DNA of 37,517 nt from a virus. Taxonomy: Duplodnaviria; Caudoviricetes. Positions 35,372 through 37,517 of this stretch are shown here, one piece after another. The DNA lies in IMG/VR virus record IMGVR_UViG_3300005573_000178, positions 1 to 37,517 of that record. One strand, given 5' to 3'. The position numbers were made by a program, and so were the translations under genes. The notes under the pieces are model-generated. The model searched no databases, was not told the DNA's origin, and worked only from the letters and a program-made list of their open reading frames with translations. The first letter of the stretch is position 1. The number at the start of each line of letters is the position of its first letter.

Positions 35372-35761
35372 TCAATCTCTCTCTATTTTTATTTCCATAC
35401 GTTCGCTTGTGTTGATAGCAAATACGCCAAATAACTTGTCTAAAACTTTCGCCAATGCAATTCTGCTATTATATAATCTTGGTTCATCCTTATTTAAAAA
35501 TCCAACCGCAATACAACCAGAAACATCTTTCGCAAAATTCCCAGCGTGTATTCTTATTCCTGTTCTACGTGGAACAACCAATTCTGGCAAATACCGTTGG
35601 AAATGCTCGCTATATGTTATGTTTATTGTATATTTCCCTTCTGGAATACTTTTTTCAAAATTTTCCAGAGTATTACACAAAAAACCATCATCTGCATATA
35701 AATTCCCAAGAATTACATTATCTTTTTTTTCATAAGAAATTCTTTTTAAAGTAAAAAGCAT
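35372..35761 (-). CDS. DUF5675-like protein (putative cell-wall peptidase / endolysin)
   Basis: CNTLE, IPEGKY, RTGIRIHAGN and GCIAVG. Confidence 0.8.
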   Translation of the reverse strand: MLFTLKRISYEKKDNVILGNLYADDGFLCNTLENFEKSIPEGKYTINITYSEHFQRYLPELVVPRRTGIRIHAGNFAKDVSGCIAVGFLNKDEPRLYNSRIALAKVLDKLFGVFAINTSERMEIKIERD

Positions 35762-35764
35762 ATT

Positions 35765-36043
35765 TTACCTCAAAAAATCAAACACATATTTTATTATAGC
35801 AATCGCAAACGTTATTGTTGCGGTTACTATAATAATTCTGGTTTGTTTTTTTATTTCCTGTATTGGGCATCTATTTTGCGTTTCCTCAACCTTCTTTAAT
35901 CTAAAAACAAAACTTTCCTCTGGCTTCCCGTTTCCGATTAAAATAATTCTCATATTTTCAATTTTTTTATTTAATGCCGAAAGTTCCTCTAAAATAAACT
36001 TTTGACTTGTTTTTAATTCGCCAATCTCTTTTTCAATTTCCAT
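35765..36043 (-). CDS. Coiled-coil protein with C-terminal transmembrane helix (holin or lysis accessory)
   Basis: 92 aa, directly upstream of the lysis enzymes. Confidence 0.55.
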   Translation of the reverse strand: MEIEKEIGELKTSQKFILEELSALNKKIENMRIILIGNGKPEESFVFRLKKVEETQNRCPIQEIKKQTRIIIVTATITFAIAIIKYVFDFLR

Positions 36044-36213
36044 TATAACCCCTTTCTTAATCTTTTCGCAAGGATGCCTGCCGCTCTTAAACTTCTATTC
36101 CTGCTATGGATTGCAATTTCAATTGCTCTTGATAAACTAACTCCTTTTCTTGCTGCCAATCTTTTAATCCGCCCTGGTCTTTTAATTGCTTTTTGCAACC
36201 ATTTTTTTGCCAT
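36043..36213 (-). CDS. Small basic protein, 56 aa (absent from the ORF track)
   Basis: MAKKWLQKAIKRPGRIKRLAARKGVSLSRAIEIAIHSRNRSLRAAGILAKRLRKGL; AGGAGG RBS; TAATG coupling to the next gene. Confidence 0.75.
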   Translation of the reverse strand: MAKKWLQKAIKRPGRIKRLAARKGVSLSRAIEIAIHSRNRSLRAAGILAKRLRKGL

Positions 36214-36216
36214 AAT

Positions 36217-37517
36217 TTATTCCTCCTTTCCGAATAGTTCTGGTTGTCCTATTTCCTTTGTATTAAATAAAAAATATCTCCAATCATCCTCATTATACCA
36301 GCGTGTTAATCTTTTTAATTGAGTCGCCATAGGCATCATTTTGCTTATTATATCCAAACTTGCACTTCTTGGATTATCCCCAACAAATATTTTTTGGAAA
36401 TCATTAAGCACATCAAACAATGGGTTATCGCCTATATAATAATCAAAATTCCTATTTGCAAGCACAGATGAAAAGTGAGTCCCAAGTATAGAATTAAGAG
36501 CCATCGCAAGTAAATAAGTTGCTGTCATCCACCGCAATGTTCCAACTCTTTCAAGATTATTCATATTATTAAACGTCTTTTTAAACCCTTCCAAATCACC
36601 TTGCCCCAATTGTTTCAATGCTTTTGACATTATATTCTTATATGCTGGCATTTGTTTATAAAATGTATGTAAATCTTTCAAAACCAATCTTGCTTGATTA
36701 TATGCAAATGTTCCAAGATGGAATACAACCTTTCCAATATCAGTTCTTAATATCTGCGGTTGATATAATGCCGAAGTTCTAAAATTATATGTATCTGAAA
36801 ATTCTTTTGCAAGATAATCAATCATTTTCTTTTCCAGTCCCATTGCCTTAAATCTATCTTTATTCATTTCCTTATAAAACTCAAAAGTCCCAATTCTATT
36901 TATCATTTCAGTTATGCTCATATTTGACAATATAATTCGCCCAACATCTAATTTCCCGAAATCCACCACCCCTTCTGTTCCCAATCTTGTTATTTCATCT
37001 AAAACGCCAGCCCTTGCATATTTAAGCCGTTCTTTTGGGTCTAACAATGCTTTTATAACTTTTGCATATGCTGTTCCAAAAGCACGTATTGTATCTAATG
37101 TCGGTATGAGCCCAAGTTTAAATTTCCCTTCTTTTGCAATAGCAAACATTGGCTGGGTTAAATTTATAATTCCAGCCCTTACGGAACCACCGAGCACAGC
37201 AAGATAATTAAGATATTTCATTTCGTTTATAATTTTTTGAGCCATCTTTTTAGGCAATATTCTTTCCGCTGGTATTCCTTCAACATCACTTATAACCTTT
37301 TGGGAAACTGGGTCAAAAACATCCCCTTTTACAAACATCATTCCACCGCTTTTATATACTTCTGGATTTCTTATCCCCATTTCCCTTGCATAGTGTTTTA
37401 TCATCAATTCAGAAAAAACTGGTATTGTCCCAGTTGTTATTAAATGTTTAAGTCCAATATCCAATTTTGTTTCTCTCCCCATAAGGTCAATAAACATATT
37501 TTCAAGATAAGCCCTAA
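36217..37517 (-). CDS. C-terminal part of a giant internal virion protein (5'-truncated by the window edge)
   Basis: Frame open to base 37517 (...RAYLENMFIDL); AGIINLTQP and GKVVFHLGTF segments typical of large ejection-protein C-termini. Confidence 0.7.
   Translation of the reverse strand, partial: RAYLENMFIDLMGRETKLDIGLKHLITTGTIPVFSELMIKHYAREMGIRNPEVYKSGGMMFVKGDVFDPVSQKVISDVEGIPAERILPKKMAQKIINEMKYLNYLAVLGGSVRAGIINLTQPMFAIAKEGKFKLGLIPTLDTIRAFGTAYAKVIKALLDPKERLKYARAGVLDEITRLGTEGVVDFGKLDVGRIILSNMSITEMINRIGTFEFYKEMNKDRFKAMGLEKKMIDYLAKEFSDTYNFRTSALYQPQILRTDIGKVVFHLGTFAYNQARLVLKDLHTFYKQMPAYKNIMSKALKQLGQGDLEGFKKTFNNMNNLERVGTLRWMTATYLLAMALNSILGTHFSSVLANRNFDYYIGDNPLFDVLNDFQKIFVGDNPRSASLDIISKMMPMATQLKRLTRWYNEDDWRYFLFNTKEIGQPELFGKEE

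Noticed and set aside
1-37517. Stop-codon reassignment, tRNA genes, integrase/att sites, or exact circular closure
   Set aside because: Genes pack densely under the standard code; no cloverleaf or recombinase motifs recognised; a direct end-to-start join creates a stop and a frame mismatch

Overview
Near-complete, low-GC tailed-phage genome with podovirus-like organisation, opened inside a giant internal-virion (ejection) gene whose two parts lie at 1-2717 and 36217-37517. The minus strand carries the late module: terS, terL, four exported or membrane proteins, portal, scaffold, major capsid, adaptor, nozzle-like protein, ejection proteins, then lysis and cell-wall enzymes at 34-36 kb. The plus strand (22.7-34 kb) carries early and middle genes: a duplicated 120-aa gene, a class II glutamine amidotransferase, a Csx20-like ring nuclease candidate, ERF recombinase, PD-(D/E)XK nuclease, DNA methyltransferase, GroES, a replication initiator and RusA. 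I recognised no integrase, CI repressor, DNA polymerase, helicase, primase or canonical tail fibre. The most unusual part is 18.0-23.1 kb. It holds a stand-alone origin (DnaA boxes, 11-bp iterons, GATAA/GAATA pentamers) that looks like the excised middle of an initiator gene, and a sharp GG/CC strand-polarity switch at a G-tract. It also holds a purine-rich tract with 12 GCAGGAAG copies, a sigma54-type promoter in front of an amidoligase plus amidotransferase cassette, and a family of GTTTC-N7-GAAAC operators. All family assignments come from motifs recognised by eye, not database searches.
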